Made by a program: the position numbers and the translations under genes. Shown piece after piece: positions 50,860-63,258 of a stretch of 64,000 bases of DNA. Below the pieces are notes generated by a model. It saw only the letters and a program-made list of their open reading frames with translations, was not told the DNA's origin and made no database searches. Origin of the DNA: Saccostrea cucullata (Eukaryota). Positions within the stretch are counted from its first letter, which is position 1. Each line of letters begins with the position of its first letter. The stretch covers positions 1 through 64,000 of the forward strand of contig NW_026926990.1 in assembly GCF_032062105.1 (NCBI RefSeq). Reading direction: 5' to 3'.

Positions 50860-53800
50860 TCATTCCATCCACTTTGGATCAAACACAAGTGGAAAAAATT
50901 GTCCTTCCATTTTTCTACCCTGAAAAAATATTAAAGAAAAATCCTGAGTATGAGTTTGGTGAGTAGAGCACTCTTTACTGAATGAAAGAAAAGCAAAATA
51001 TGATAGGCCTCCATACATCGGTAAACAAGAGGCCCAAGGGCCTTAATGGTCATCTGAGTATAATAAAACCCTATACAATATCTGTGACTAGTAAATAAAT
51101 TATACATGTAATACAAAAATCAGCTGAAACTGAATTATACCCCTACATTGATTTATCACTAGTGAATAAAGGGGAACAACTTCTGATAAAGCAGAGTAAA
51201 TATTTCCACACAATATCAATAGAGCCACCCCTAACTCTAGAACAAATGCTACTAATTTCACAATTTTGGATGAGGCACTCTGGCTTATCATGACCATGTA
51301 TTTTATTTCTCTGCTGAATACTTAAAAAAAGAGAAGGTATTCAAAGAATTCATGCATTTTTACTATTTGATCAATAGAGCCCCCATCCTTAATCCAAAAC
51401 CCTGATCTAGAGGCCATGAAATTCACAATTTTGGAAGAAGTACACTTGCTCATCAAACCCATGTACTCAGTGTATGTTCTAAATATCTAGGAGTGGAGAA
51501 AAAGATTTTTAAAAAACCTAATGCATTTTCACTCAATTACAAATAAAGCCCCACTCTAGCTCCAGAATCAAACCAATGGGGGCACTTTTTTATTGTAATG
51601 CAACAAGTTAGTCTGCTAAATATACTGGGGGAAGGAGGAACATTTTTATTAAAGGTTTTATCCATTTTCATTATGATCGAGTAAAACCAACCCTAAAACC
51701 AGAACCAATGATACGGGGGCCATGAATATCAAAATTTTGAGAGGACTTCTTGTTGCCTTTTACAACCAAGCCAACAGTTTGACTAATTAAAATTGTATTT
51801 GATATCCAGGAATAAAGGAAGGTTTTATAGATTGCATTAAATTGTTTCAGTCCCTACGTTCAGATATGATAAAATTCAATGATTTTGTTCCCCTTTGCCC
51901 ATAGATGCTATAAAGCCAAAATTGGTTGACATTGGTTCTGCAATGCCAGAGAAGCTGAAAGTGTTCAAATGTTCATGCACTCTTGCATGAAGAAAAACCA
52001 GAAGTCTCTGTCGAGACTGTAGCTCTACTGGTTTGTACTTATCAAGAACCATTTCACTATTCTATGTATCTTAGTGTAGTCTACTTGTGTGCCAAGTTAT
52101 ATTGAAATCAGACCAAAACTGTAAAAGGAGTAGCGTTTTGAAGGAATTTCACAGAAAATTCTATTTTTAGTAACCATGGCAACACCGTTCATCGAAATTA
52201 AAAACCGATGCACTATTCTATGTATCTTAGTGTAGTCTACTTGTGTGCCAAGTTATATTGAAATCAGACCAAAACTGTAAAAGGAGTAGCGTTTTGAAGG
52301 AATTTCACAGAAAATTCTATTTTTAGTAACCATGGCAACACCGTTCATCGAAATTAAAAACCGATGCACTATTCTATGTATCTTAGTGTAGTCTACTTGT
52401 GTGCCAAGTTATATTGAAATCAGACCAAAACTGTAGGAGGAGTAGCGTTTTGAAGGAATTTCACAGAAAATTCTATTTTTAGTAACCATGGCAACACCGT
52501 TCATCGAAATTAAAAACTGATGTACTATTCTATGTATCTTAGTGTAGTCTACTGGTGTGTCAAGTTATATTGAAATCAGACCAAAACTGTAGGAAGAGTA
52601 GCGTTTTGAAGGAATTTCACAGAAAATTCTATTTTTAGTAACCATGGCAACACCGTTCATCGAAATTAAAAACCGATGCACTATTCTATGTATCTTAGTG
52701 TAGTCAACTTGTGTGCCAAGTTATATTGAAATCAGACCAAAACTGTAGGAGGAGTAGCGTTTTGAAGGAATTTCACAGAAAATATATTTTTAGTAACCAT
52801 GGCAACACCGTTCATCGAAATTAAAAACCGATGCACTATTCTATGTATCTTAGTGTAGACTACTTGTGTGCCAAGTTATATTGAAATCAGACCAAAACTG
52901 TAGAAGGAGTAGCGTTTTGAAGGAATTTCACAGAAAATTCTATTTTTAGTAACCATGGCAACACCGTTCATCGAAATTAAAAACCGATGCACTATTCTAT
53001 GTATCTTAGTGTAGTCTACTTGTGTGCCAAGTTATATTGAAATCAGACCAAAACTGTAGGAAGAGTAGCGTTTTGAAGGAATTTCACAGAAAATTCTATT
53101 TTAAGTAACCATGGCAACACCGTTCATCGAAATTAAAAACCAATGCACTATTCTATGTATCTTAGTGTAGTCTACTTGTGTGCCAAGTTATATAGAAATC
53201 AGACCAAAACTGTAGGAGGAGTAGCGTTTTGAAGGAATTTCACAGAAAATTCTATTTTTAGTAACAATGGCAATACCGTTCATCGAAATTAAAAACCGAT
53301 GCACTATTCTATGTTTCTTAGTGTAGTCTACCTGTGTGCCAAGTTATATTGAAATCAGACCAAAACTGTAGAAGGAGTAGCGTTTTGAAGGAATTCACAG
53401 AAAATGCTATTTTTAGTAACCATGGCAACATCGTTCATCGAAATTAAAAACCGATGCACTATTCTATGTATCTTAGTGTAGTCTACTTGTGTGCCAAGTT
53501 ATATTGAAATCAGACCAAAACTGTAGGAGGAGTAGCGTTTTGAAGGAATTTCACAGAAAATTCTATTTTTAGTAACCATGGCAACACCGTTCATCGAAAT
53601 TAAAAACCGATGCACTATTCTATGTATCTTAGTGTAGTCTACTTGTGTGCCAAGTTATATTAAAATCAGACCAACACTGTAGGAGGAGTAGCGTTTTGAA
53701 GGAATTTCACAGAAAATTCTATTTTTAGTAACCATGGCAACACCGTTCATCGAAATTAAAAACCGATGCACTATTCTATGTATCTTAGTGTAGTCTACCT

Positions 53801-54804
53801 GTGTGCCAAGTTATATTGAAATCAGACCAAAACTGTAGAAGGAGTAGCGTTTTGAAGGAATTCACAGAAAATGCTATTTTTAGTAACCATGGCAACATCG
53901 TTCATCGAAATTAAAAACCGATGCACTATTCTATGTATCTTAGTGTAGTCTACTTGTGTGCCAAGTTATATTGAAATCAGACCAAAACTGTAGGAGGAGT
54001 AGCGTTTTGAAGGAATTTCACAGAAAATTCTATTTTTAGTAACCATGGCAACACCGTTCATCGAAATTAAAAACCGATGCACTATTCTATGTATCTTTGT
54101 GTTGTCTACTTGTGTGCCAAGTTATATTAAAATCAGACCAACACTGTAGGAGGAGTAGCGTTTTGAAGGAATTTCACAGAAAATTCTATTTTTAGTAACC
54201 ATGGCAACACCGTTCATCGAAATTAAAAACCGATGCACTATTCTATGTATCTTAGTGTAGTCTACTTGTGTGCCAAGTTATATTGAAATCAGACCAAAAC
54301 TGTAGGAAGAGTAGCGTTTTGAAGGAATTTCACAGAAAATTCTATTTTTAGTAACCATGGCAACACCGTTCATCGAAATTAAAAACCGATGCACTATTCT
54401 ATGTATCTTAGTGTAGTCTACTTGTGTGCCAAGTTATATTAAAATCAGATCAAAACTGTAGAAGGAGTAGCGTTTTGAAGGAATTTCACAGAAAATTCTA
54501 TTTTTAGTAACCATGGCAACACCGTTCATCGAAATTAAAAACCGATGCACTATTCTATGTATCTTAGTGTAGTCTACTTGTGTGCCAAGTTATATTGAAA
54601 TCAGACGAAAAATGTAGAAGGAGTAGCGTTTTGAAGGAATTTCACAGAAAATTCTATTTTAAGTAACCATGGCAACACCGTTCATCGAAATTAAAAACCG
54701 ATGCACTATTCTATGTATCTTAGTGTAGTCTACTTGTGTGCCAAGTTATATTGAAATCAGACCAAAACTGTAGGAGGAGTAGCGTTTTGAAAAATTGTTT
54801 ACAG

Positions 54805-54839
<35 letters not shown>

Positions 54840-57645
54840 GACGGACGCCGGACGCATTACTATCGCATAAGCTCTTCTGGTCTCTGACCAGTAGAGCTAA
54901 CAAAGATAGCAAAAGGGGGCCTGAAAACCTCAGGCATTGTCATAGCTGTCAAGAGAGATACACCATGGTACTCCTAGACAGCATTACATCAATATTCCGA
55001 CTGACCTACCGTAGGAATTGTGATGCCTTTGAGAAGTTCATCGTCTGTGTTAGATATTGTGCCATCAGCAAAGTAGTTCAGGACACTGGCTCTTCTTGGA
55101 CCATCTGACCTGTAAGGTTAAAGTCTTCTCTTTCCTCAACAATGTACAAATAGCTTTAACAAGATAATTATGAGACTTTGGTTAAAAATACATTGACAAT
55201 TTTATATGAAATTTCAAAACATTTCCAACTTATTCTCACACATCTAGTACACAGTTGAAAACAAAGCACAATGACATGCAGTCCCCATCCCCTTTTTTTC
55301 ATTCTGGGCTGCTGAACAATGTTCATAATCTAAATTAACTTGATATAATTAGGGATGTCAACGAATATTCGAATATTCGAATATTCATTCGATGAGTTGA
55401 TATTCGAATATAAATTTGTGATTCGAATATTCGTTTTTAAGTATACAAGCATTAAAAAGGGAGAAAAACCTGGCAAATTTTATTAGAAATTGAATCAAAT
55501 TTTTACAAAATAAAAAAAACACTCCTCTTGGATTACCTTAAAGGCGTGAAGGGTGTATCCATAAGAGTAATTTATTTATTTTATTTATTTGTTCACTTAA
55601 TTAGTGGTATAAAAGTTACTAGTACTAACAATCAGCTTGTATTGTTGTAAGGACCAAGTTTTACAGTAAACACACGGACTTCTTGTTTATGTAAATATCA
55701 TTAAAAATCATTATCAGGAAATTATAATTAGCAAAACGTCATTGCTTTTAATATTTCACCGTTAGCTAATTGTTCTGTTTGGTATAGATTTGTAGGAATT
55801 ATCAGTGTAGACTTTAGTAAGAAGATCAATTAATCTAGAATATATTAAAGAATGTTTTTAATTTTCTAAAACCAACCATTTCATTTTAAATGTATACAAT
55901 TCAATAATTTTATTAACTATATATAATTGTAGAGCATTTTTCGAACTCTACACGAGTTTTTATTCTAAAATAATGGCATAAAACCTATACTGCTTGACAG
56001 GAGAGTGAAGATATATATTTAATAATGCAGAATGTACTGATTTTATCGAATATTCGAATATATTCGAATACTCTTATCGAATATTCGAATATCAATTATT
56101 GACAATTTTGACATCCCTAGATATAATAGTTACCTAAAAGGCAGTTTTGGAAGGAAGGAGAGAATTTTAGATAGGGTTAAAATTTTATGAATCTGTTAGA
56201 TCTTTAATGCGAGTGTCTTGGGCAAGGATATACTATGCACAAAAATATTGGAATAACTACACGATTTTGTAATGCAGATAGCTGGAAGTGCAAGATTAAA
56301 CCCTTGTCAGGCCAACATTTTTCTCCAATTTTAATACTTAGCTCCCAATGAAAAAAAAAAATGGAGGGTTTAGAAAAGTCTCAGTGAGATCTTCAGGATG
56401 GAAAACTGCAAAAGAAAAGGGGGAAAGAGTGGACTAGGAATTGGCTATGTCGGCCCAAAGCTCAATGGAAGGGCACCCACATGGTTTGCCGGAGGTCCTT
56501 GGTTCAAGTCCCTGTCCGGCCAACATTTTCTTTGCCTGTTATTATAATTTAAGTGGAGTCCTACAAATACCTGTGGAACAAAGACTTTATCTAAATAAAA
56601 ATCATATTCACCACCAAACAATGTGACAAAAGGCCTGGTTAACTACCTGTTACCATAGGAACCATGAACAGCCATCGCATGATGGAAACTGGCTTCTCCT
56701 TTCTTTAGCATGGATGGTATGGGCTGGAATTCTTTTTTTTCTTCCTCTGTTAACACAGTCTTCAAAGAAAAAAAGACTGAGAATCAAAAACACACTGTTT
56801 CCAGAGATGGATTTTCAATGCATGTAAAACAAAGTAAAACTACCAGTATAAAATGTGTACATGTACAAACCATAATGGATTCCATGTCTTTAAAATCGAA
56901 ATCAGTGACTGGTAAAGGATTTCCATCTCTTGTCCATCTGCAGAGAACAAATACTAACAATAACATAACAGTTACGAGATGCACAGGACTAATACTAACT
57001 TTCAAATATTTAAGGGTTGTTTTCAATAAAAACATAATGGTAAGTTATGGAAATAGAACTCTTTTAAGAAAAAGTTGATGTCATGAAGCCTGTTTCTTAA
57101 TTTGACAGTGAGAGGCATTTTAAAACATTGCTTCAGGAAAATGCACAGATGAGAAATAGACAGACAGAAAATTATGGGGAAAAAAGGATAGTAAATATTC
57201 CAAACTTTCAGACTTTCATGCAGGTTGTTATTCATGTAAAGTGTTGATCACATACTTTTTCCCTAAATAATGAAACCGAGCTAAAAAAAGATTGAACTAC
57301 CTGTGTGAGCCTGGTATGTAGTACAATGTGCCATTTTCTTTGGTTTGATCTTCCAGGGCAATGTGTATCTAGGAATCAATACATTAAACAAATTAAAAGA
57401 AATCTCTGTACATGACAAAGTTTTTCAGAACAATAAAGGCAGTACTGTATTCACTGCAGAAAGTGTTTACTATTTCTCAATGAAAACTTACAGTAAGATG
57501 CTGCATTGGCTGTGTCCTAGTCCAATAGGAGTAATCCTGATGCCTGAAATTGAGATACAAGATGATTAGTTCAGATGACTAAAACATACGGATATAATTG
57601 TGTGTTGCAGTGATATGCGTGACAGTATAAAGCTTTAGTTTCATA

Positions 57646-57685
<40 letters not shown>

Positions 57686-59664
57686 GCTTTGACCATTTTG
57701 TTCTTTACCAGATTTCCTCCTTGTAATACATAATGCATCCCCACCCTACCCCACTGATCATAATTAAAACATTTTAAAATCTACACTACCCCAGGATCCT
57801 TCTACATAAGTTTCAGCTTTTCTGGCCCAGTGGTTCTTGAGAAGAAGATTTTCAAAGATTTTTCCTATATATTTCTATGTAAAACTTTGATTCCCCATTG
57901 TGGCCCCGCCCTTCCCCCGGGGGTCATGATTTGAACAATTTAGAATCTACACTACCTGAGGATAATTCCACATAAGTTTCAGCTTTTCTGGCCCAGTGGT
58001 TCTTGAGAAGAAGATTTTCAAAGATTTTCCTATATATTTCTATGTAAAACTTTGATTCCCCATTGTGGCCCCACCCTTCCCCTGGGGGTCATGATTTGAA
58101 CAATTTAGAATCTACACTATACCAGGATGCTTCCATATAAGTTTCAGCTTTTCTGGCCCAGTGGTTCTTGAGAAGAAGATTTTCAAAGATTTTCCTATAT
58201 ATTTCTATGTAAAACTTTGATTCCCCATTGTGGCCCCAGCCTTACCCCGGGGGTCATGCTTTGAACAATTTAGAATTTACACTACCCCAGGATGCTTCAA
58301 CATAAGTTTCAGCTTTTCTGGCCCAGTGGTTCTTGAGAAGAAGATTTTCAAAGATTTTCCCTATATATTTCTATGTAAAACTTTGATTCCCCATTGTGGC
58401 CCCACCCTTCCCCTGGGGGTCATGATTTGAACAATTTAGAATCTAAACTACCCCCACCGTCTCAAGCCACGGTCCGGAGTCCGCATATAGCTCTCTCCTA
58501 CCCGTGGCTGCTTGATCACAAAAAGTGTCGTAATCATGAATATTTACGCCTCTCTATTGTGACGTCATATTCAGTCAGTGGCATGTTTTGTTTCCATCGC
58601 AATTGAAATCAACAACTGACGTCAACAGTACACAAGAAAAATTTCCTTTACTGTGATTGGATATGGAAAGGTCGCGATAAAGTTCATCTTCCGACTATGC
58701 TTTACTCGCATTGGTCAATATTTTAATGAGCTACGAAGAATTCTCTCCTCGTTCAACCACGGCCAGATTGGGAGAGGATCGTACATTTTGGCCGTGGTTT
58801 GCGACGATGAACTACCCCAGGATGCTTCAACATAAGTTTCAGCTTTTCTGGCCCAGTGGTTCTTGAGAAGAAGATTTTCAAAGATTTTTCCTATATATTT
58901 CTATGTAAAACTTTGATTCCCCAATGTGGCCCCACCCTTCCCCCGGGGGTCATGATTTGAACAATTTAGAATCTACACTACCTGAGGATGCTTCCACATA
59001 AGTTTCAGCTTTTCTGGCCAAGTGGTTCTTGAGAGGAAGATTTTTAAAGATTTTCCTATATATTTCTATGTAAAACTTTGATTCCCCATTGTGGCCCCGC
59101 CCTTCCCCTGGGGGTCATTATTTGAACAATTTAGAATCTACAGTACCCCAGGATGCTTCCACATAAGTTTCAGCTTTTCTAGCCCAGTGGTTCTTGAGAA
59201 GAAGATTTTCAAAGATTTTTCCTATATATTTCTATGTAGAACTTTGATTCCCCATTGTGGCCCCGTCCTTCCACCGGGGGTCATTATTTGAACAATTTAG
59301 AATCTAAACTACCCAAGGATGCTTCCACATAAGTTTCAGCTTTTCTGGCCCAGTGGTTCTTGAGAAGAAGATTTTCAAAGATTTTTCCTATATATTTCTA
59401 TGTAAAACTTTGATTCCCCATTGTGGCCCCGCCCTTCCCCTGGGGGTCATGATTTGAATAATTTAAAATCTACACTATACCAGGATGCTTCCACATAAGT
59501 TTCAGCTTTTCTGGCCCAGTGGTTCTTGAGAAGAAGATTTTTTTAATGACCCCACCCTATTTTTGTCTTTTCTTGATTATCTCCCCTTGTGAGGGGACTT
59601 GGCCCTTTATTTTAACAATTTAAATTCCCCTTCACCCAAGGATGCTTTGTACCAAGTTTGGTCA

Positions 59665-59701
<37 letters not shown>

Positions 59702-59771
59702 GTGAAAAGTTTACAGACGGACAGACAGACGGACGGACAGACAGACAGCTAGACAGACGACGGACAAAATG

Positions 59772-59817
<46 letters not shown>

Positions 59818-62356
59818 CACAACTGTACTAAAGATAAAGTTGTGTACAGCACTTTCAGATTTTTCACTTGAACAATACATGGGAAAACACATGTAGCTAA
59901 AGGCTTCTGTAAGGAAGGAAGCAAATGGAAAATATACAAGTAAGTATCCCAACCTTTTTTCCTAACAGATCCACTGAGTACAACAATATCTAAAAGGATA
60001 CTGTACCAACTTTTATTATGTGTGAGAAATATTTTTTAAATGAAGTTTCAACGACTTACTTGAACTTGTGAATATTAATTGCCACGAACCACTTATTTTC
60101 ATTTTCTTAATTACTTTGATGTACTTAGTCAAAGTGGGATATTTATATAAATATATCCAATTTTAGTGGAAAAATAATTTTAAAAATAGCAAATTCTTCT
60201 TTGGAGCACAAAACGAGGAAAAAAGTTGTTAGCAACAATGCAATTTCTGCGACAGCACCATTTTAAGCTACACTTGGTTGCTAGTTGGGGGATTGCTAGC
60301 TGGCTTACCATGCCACACAGCCACCATGTTGAGCAGGCTTGGCAAACAACTGATCATGCCAAAACCTCACAGGTAGTGTTTTGTCCTTCACAAGTAATTG
60401 TGAAGTAGGAACCTGGTTATACAAAACATTAATTATCATATCTCTTAACAGAGATCTATCTACAAACCATATTTATGTGATGTTTTTTCTGGTATGTAAA
60501 AAGTATATATTAGCTATTTATGTAAATTTAAAATGGATGTTAAGGTTCTTTGCCCCTCTGATAAGAGAGATAACTCTAGGATTATTTATAGAAGAGCTTT
60601 TATGCCAAATTTTGCCACATGTGCTAAATTTTTTCCATTTCAAATGAATAAGACTCTTTTTAGAAAACCATAAGCATTATTTTATATGAATTAAGAAAAA
60701 ATAATAATACAATTGAAACATAAAAAGGTGAAAATTTTATCTGGACAATAATGTTAGATTTATAGTAACTAGAATTCTGGTTTTGCAAAAACATGTTTTA
60801 TAATGAAATACATGTACAAACCACAGCTTGAGGGAGGAAGGCAAGGTCATGGAACAGCTTGGTCAGTCTCCAGTGTCCTAACGCATGAATCAGGACATTA
60901 TTGGGGTCACCACTCTGGTTACTATGGTATTCATACATCATGTCCATGCCAGGATGTGTTGTTTCACCCTACAAGAATAAAGGCCCATTTATATCATGTC
61001 AAAGGGCATGAAAAAATAATCCATATTACCTTTCTTTTATGCAGATATTCATTAAACTAGTAATTCCCCTTTCAGACTATATGCACAAAAACTGTAAAAC
61101 ATAAATTAGATCCAGAAGTTTGATTGATCTCTGCGGTTTATGTATATGATTTACCAGTAGCAAACTTATACATTGTATAATGATGATAGACTCACGGTGA
61201 AGATCTTGTAGTCCTCTAGTATCCTGTCACACTGCTCTGGAGACAGCAGGGGGACATTAAGTAGAAATCCATCTCTCCAGAACTGGTCTACCTTGTCCCC
61301 TGGTAGCAGGTGCTTTTTCCATCCCTCTGGATTCTGAAGCAAAGAAATGTGTAAGTTTCATGTCACTTTTTGTTTATTTTAAAAAAATACCTATGCATGG
61401 CATATTGTTCAGTGACAACAGTCAATTTAATCAGTCTTCGTCAAATTTTTTTTTTCAGCACATGCCCTTCGGGCAGGTGTTATCACCAATTACGCTAGCC
61501 CGAACAAATATTTACATGCCCAGAATTTAATCAAGTTATATTATTCTTATTTGCCTTTTCATGCCAAGGAAATGATCTGAAATCCATTCTGTCAATTCAT
61601 TGTCTCGACATTTGTTTTCAACCTGTACACTTTTTGTGTCTCCTTTGCAGAAGAGTTCCTTGGAAATCGCGGTAAAATAAACTGTCAGTAAAATTTTATT
61701 TTAAACTTCACTTTAAATGGAAAATCAAAGACTTAAAAGTACATTTAATGTTATTGGTCTTATTTCATTTGATTATACCAAGGCTTATGCCTTAGAATTT
61801 ACATGCCCTTCGGGCTTGTAAGTGTGCAACTTCCACAAGCCCGCTTCCAATTTTACCAGGTCCCGGGCATTGGACTCCCGGGATTTGTCGAAGACTGTTT
61901 AATGCTTTATTTATTTTTATTTAACCCATCCCTACCCCAAGTATAAATAATACTGCACATTCCTTGTGGAAAATAATCTGTATTATCAAACGAACACTTA
62001 CTGTAATAGGTTCAAACAATTCTCCAAGAGGTTCATGTACTGTACTGTAATATGAACACTTACTGTAATAGGCTCAAACAATTCTCCAAGAGGTTCATGT
62101 ACCGTATTGTAATATGAACACTTGTTTGACTGTAATAGGTTCAAACAATTCTCCAAGAGGTTCATGTACGTACTGTAAGTGTATATGAACACTTACTGTA
62201 ATAGGCTCAAACAATTCTCCCTGAGGTTTATGTACTGTACCGTAAGTATATATGAACACTTACTGTAATAGGTTCAAACAATTCTCCCAGAGGTTCATGT
62301 ACAGTACTGTAATCTGGAACCCCAGGTCTGATCTCAACTGGTGCAGGAGGTGACAT
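50860..62356 (-). CDS. PhyH-family Fe(II)/2-oxoglutarate dioxygenase (phytanoyl-CoA dioxygenase domain protein), 313 aa, 10 coding exons
   Basis: Minus-strand exons 62356-62264, 61333-61196, 60968-60822, 60412-60309, 57543-57492, 57368-57301, 56937-56871, 56759-56647, 55109-55010, 50919-50860. All GT-AG, total 942 nt. Motifs [19 protein letters not shown] (HxD), [21 protein letters not shown]...VHGS, PRRA. Confidence 0.92.
51024..51995 (+). mobile_element. Old degenerate HINE, interrupted at its 3' end by the 51996-54900 element
   Basis: aacaagaggcccaagggccttaatggtcatctgag start; decayed monomers (ttcacaattttgg). Probable terminal remnant gatagcaaaagg...cctga...ctcagg at ~54905-54935. Confidence 0.6.
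51996..54900 (+). mobile_element. HINE/Pearl-type element carrying a homogeneous ~17.6 x 156-bp satellite array
   Basis: 5' hairpin agtctctgtcgagact plus subTIR agctctactgg. 156-bp period (aaggaatt at 52141, 52297, 52453...54634). GACA/GACG microsatellite ~54802-54855. 3' hairpin ending ccagtagagctaa. Confidence 0.95.
55350..56119. mobile_element. Non-autonomous hAT-type element, 8-bp TSD
   Basis: TIR TAGGGATGTCAA / TTGACATCCCTA. TSD GATATAAT. Subterminal CGAATATT repeats at both ends. Confidence 0.92.
56452..56545 (+). mobile_element. tRNA-derived SINE-like remnant
   Basis: A-box-like AGCTCAATGG and B-box GGTTCAAGTCC at tRNA-like spacing; no intact cloverleaf. Confidence 0.5.
57649..59814 (+). 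mobile_element. HINE/Pearl (CvA-like) element with ~9 x ~166-bp Cg170/HindIII-type satellite monomers
   Basis: aacaagaggcccatgggcc start, subTIR gctcacctgag / ctcaggtgagc, ~166-bp period, GACA/GACG microsatellite ~59714-59765, 3' hairpin agctcacttgagccttcggctcaggtgagct. Confidence 0.93.
58455..58809. mobile_element. 355-bp TIR element with 9-bp TSD inserted in a satellite monomer
   Basis: TIR CACCGTCTCAAGCCACGG / CCGTGGTTTGCGACGATG. TSD AACTACCCC at 58446-58454 and 58810-58818. Confidence 0.9.
61432..61897. mobile_element. Non-autonomous TIR element (CAG...CTG termini), 6-bp TSD
   Basis: TIR CAGTCTTCGTCAAAT / ATTTGTCGAAGACTG. TSD TTTAAT at 61426-61431 and 61898-61903. Confidence 0.85.
61992..62312 (-). 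repeat. 62-68-bp tandem repeat x5 made of the 3' end of the dioxygenase first coding exon plus splice donor
   Basis: Unit (minus strand) ...catgaacctcttggagaattgtttgaacctattaca|gtaagtgttcat. Confidence 0.92.
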
Positions 62357-63258
62357 GGCTCTGAATCACAACCTGTAAAAAAAAGTTATTGATGTCACCT
62401 GTTTACTTATAGGTAATAGTTATTATTAAGACAATGAAGTGGTCAATGAGCCACATTGCTCATCCACGCACTCTGCCAAGAGAAAAGCAAGAATTGTTTA
62501 TCATGTTCATTGTTAAAATATATGTATGATGTAGTTTCAATCTACACTTGTTTTATTATCTTATAATAGATATGTGGAAGTATCCTTAAATAATGAAGAT
62601 TTTAAATTGTTCAAATCATTAATTACCCCTCCTGCTAGCATGGCCAAAGTCTCATAATCAAAGTTTTGCATAGAGAAACATTTAATTTTTTACATTAAAA
62701 AAAATCTGCTCCAGATAGGCAAACACTCGAAAGAGAGACAAGATCATATTATAATTTAGATTTTGGTCTAGCAAAATAAATAAATAAATTGTCAGGGTTA
62801 GGCCAAAATAAATAAGGGTTGCCCGCAACCCTGTGTCTCGCCTGCTGTCGCTGTGGTTAGTAAGAAATGATTGTCTGATAAACTGAAGCATTTATCAGGG
62901 TGAAATTTCTCTTGTGAAATATTTGCTTGAAATGTTAATTATTTATTATGAGAATATTAAGAACATCTTGCCACCAGGTATTAAATCATTTAAAATGAAA
63001 ACACTGATGTTTACCTACTGTGTAACAAAAATATCTGTAAAAGAATGGAAACAATCCTGAAATACAATAATAAAGAAATGGAACAGCTGACTTAATATCT
63101 AATCCCTTGGCGATTATATTGGCATTTATATATATATACATATACCCTGTAAATTCACAAATTATTGTGATGTTTTTATTATTGCGAATATTGCAACGTG
63201 TTATGAGTCGCAATAATTTGAACTTGCATTTTGAAATCAAATCCACTGTATATGTATC

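Noticed and set aside
51996-54900. CRISPR-like repeat-spacer array
   Set aside because: Monomers are near-identical head-to-tail with no unique spacers; HINE termini; eukaryotic context.
56452-56545. Functional tRNA gene
   Set aside because: A/B boxes are present, but there is no consistent cloverleaf or anticodon arm; treated as a SINE-like remnant.
58230-59814. Repeated ORFs (MAPALPRGS..., MAPPFPWGS...)
   Set aside because: Chance frames in satellite monomers.
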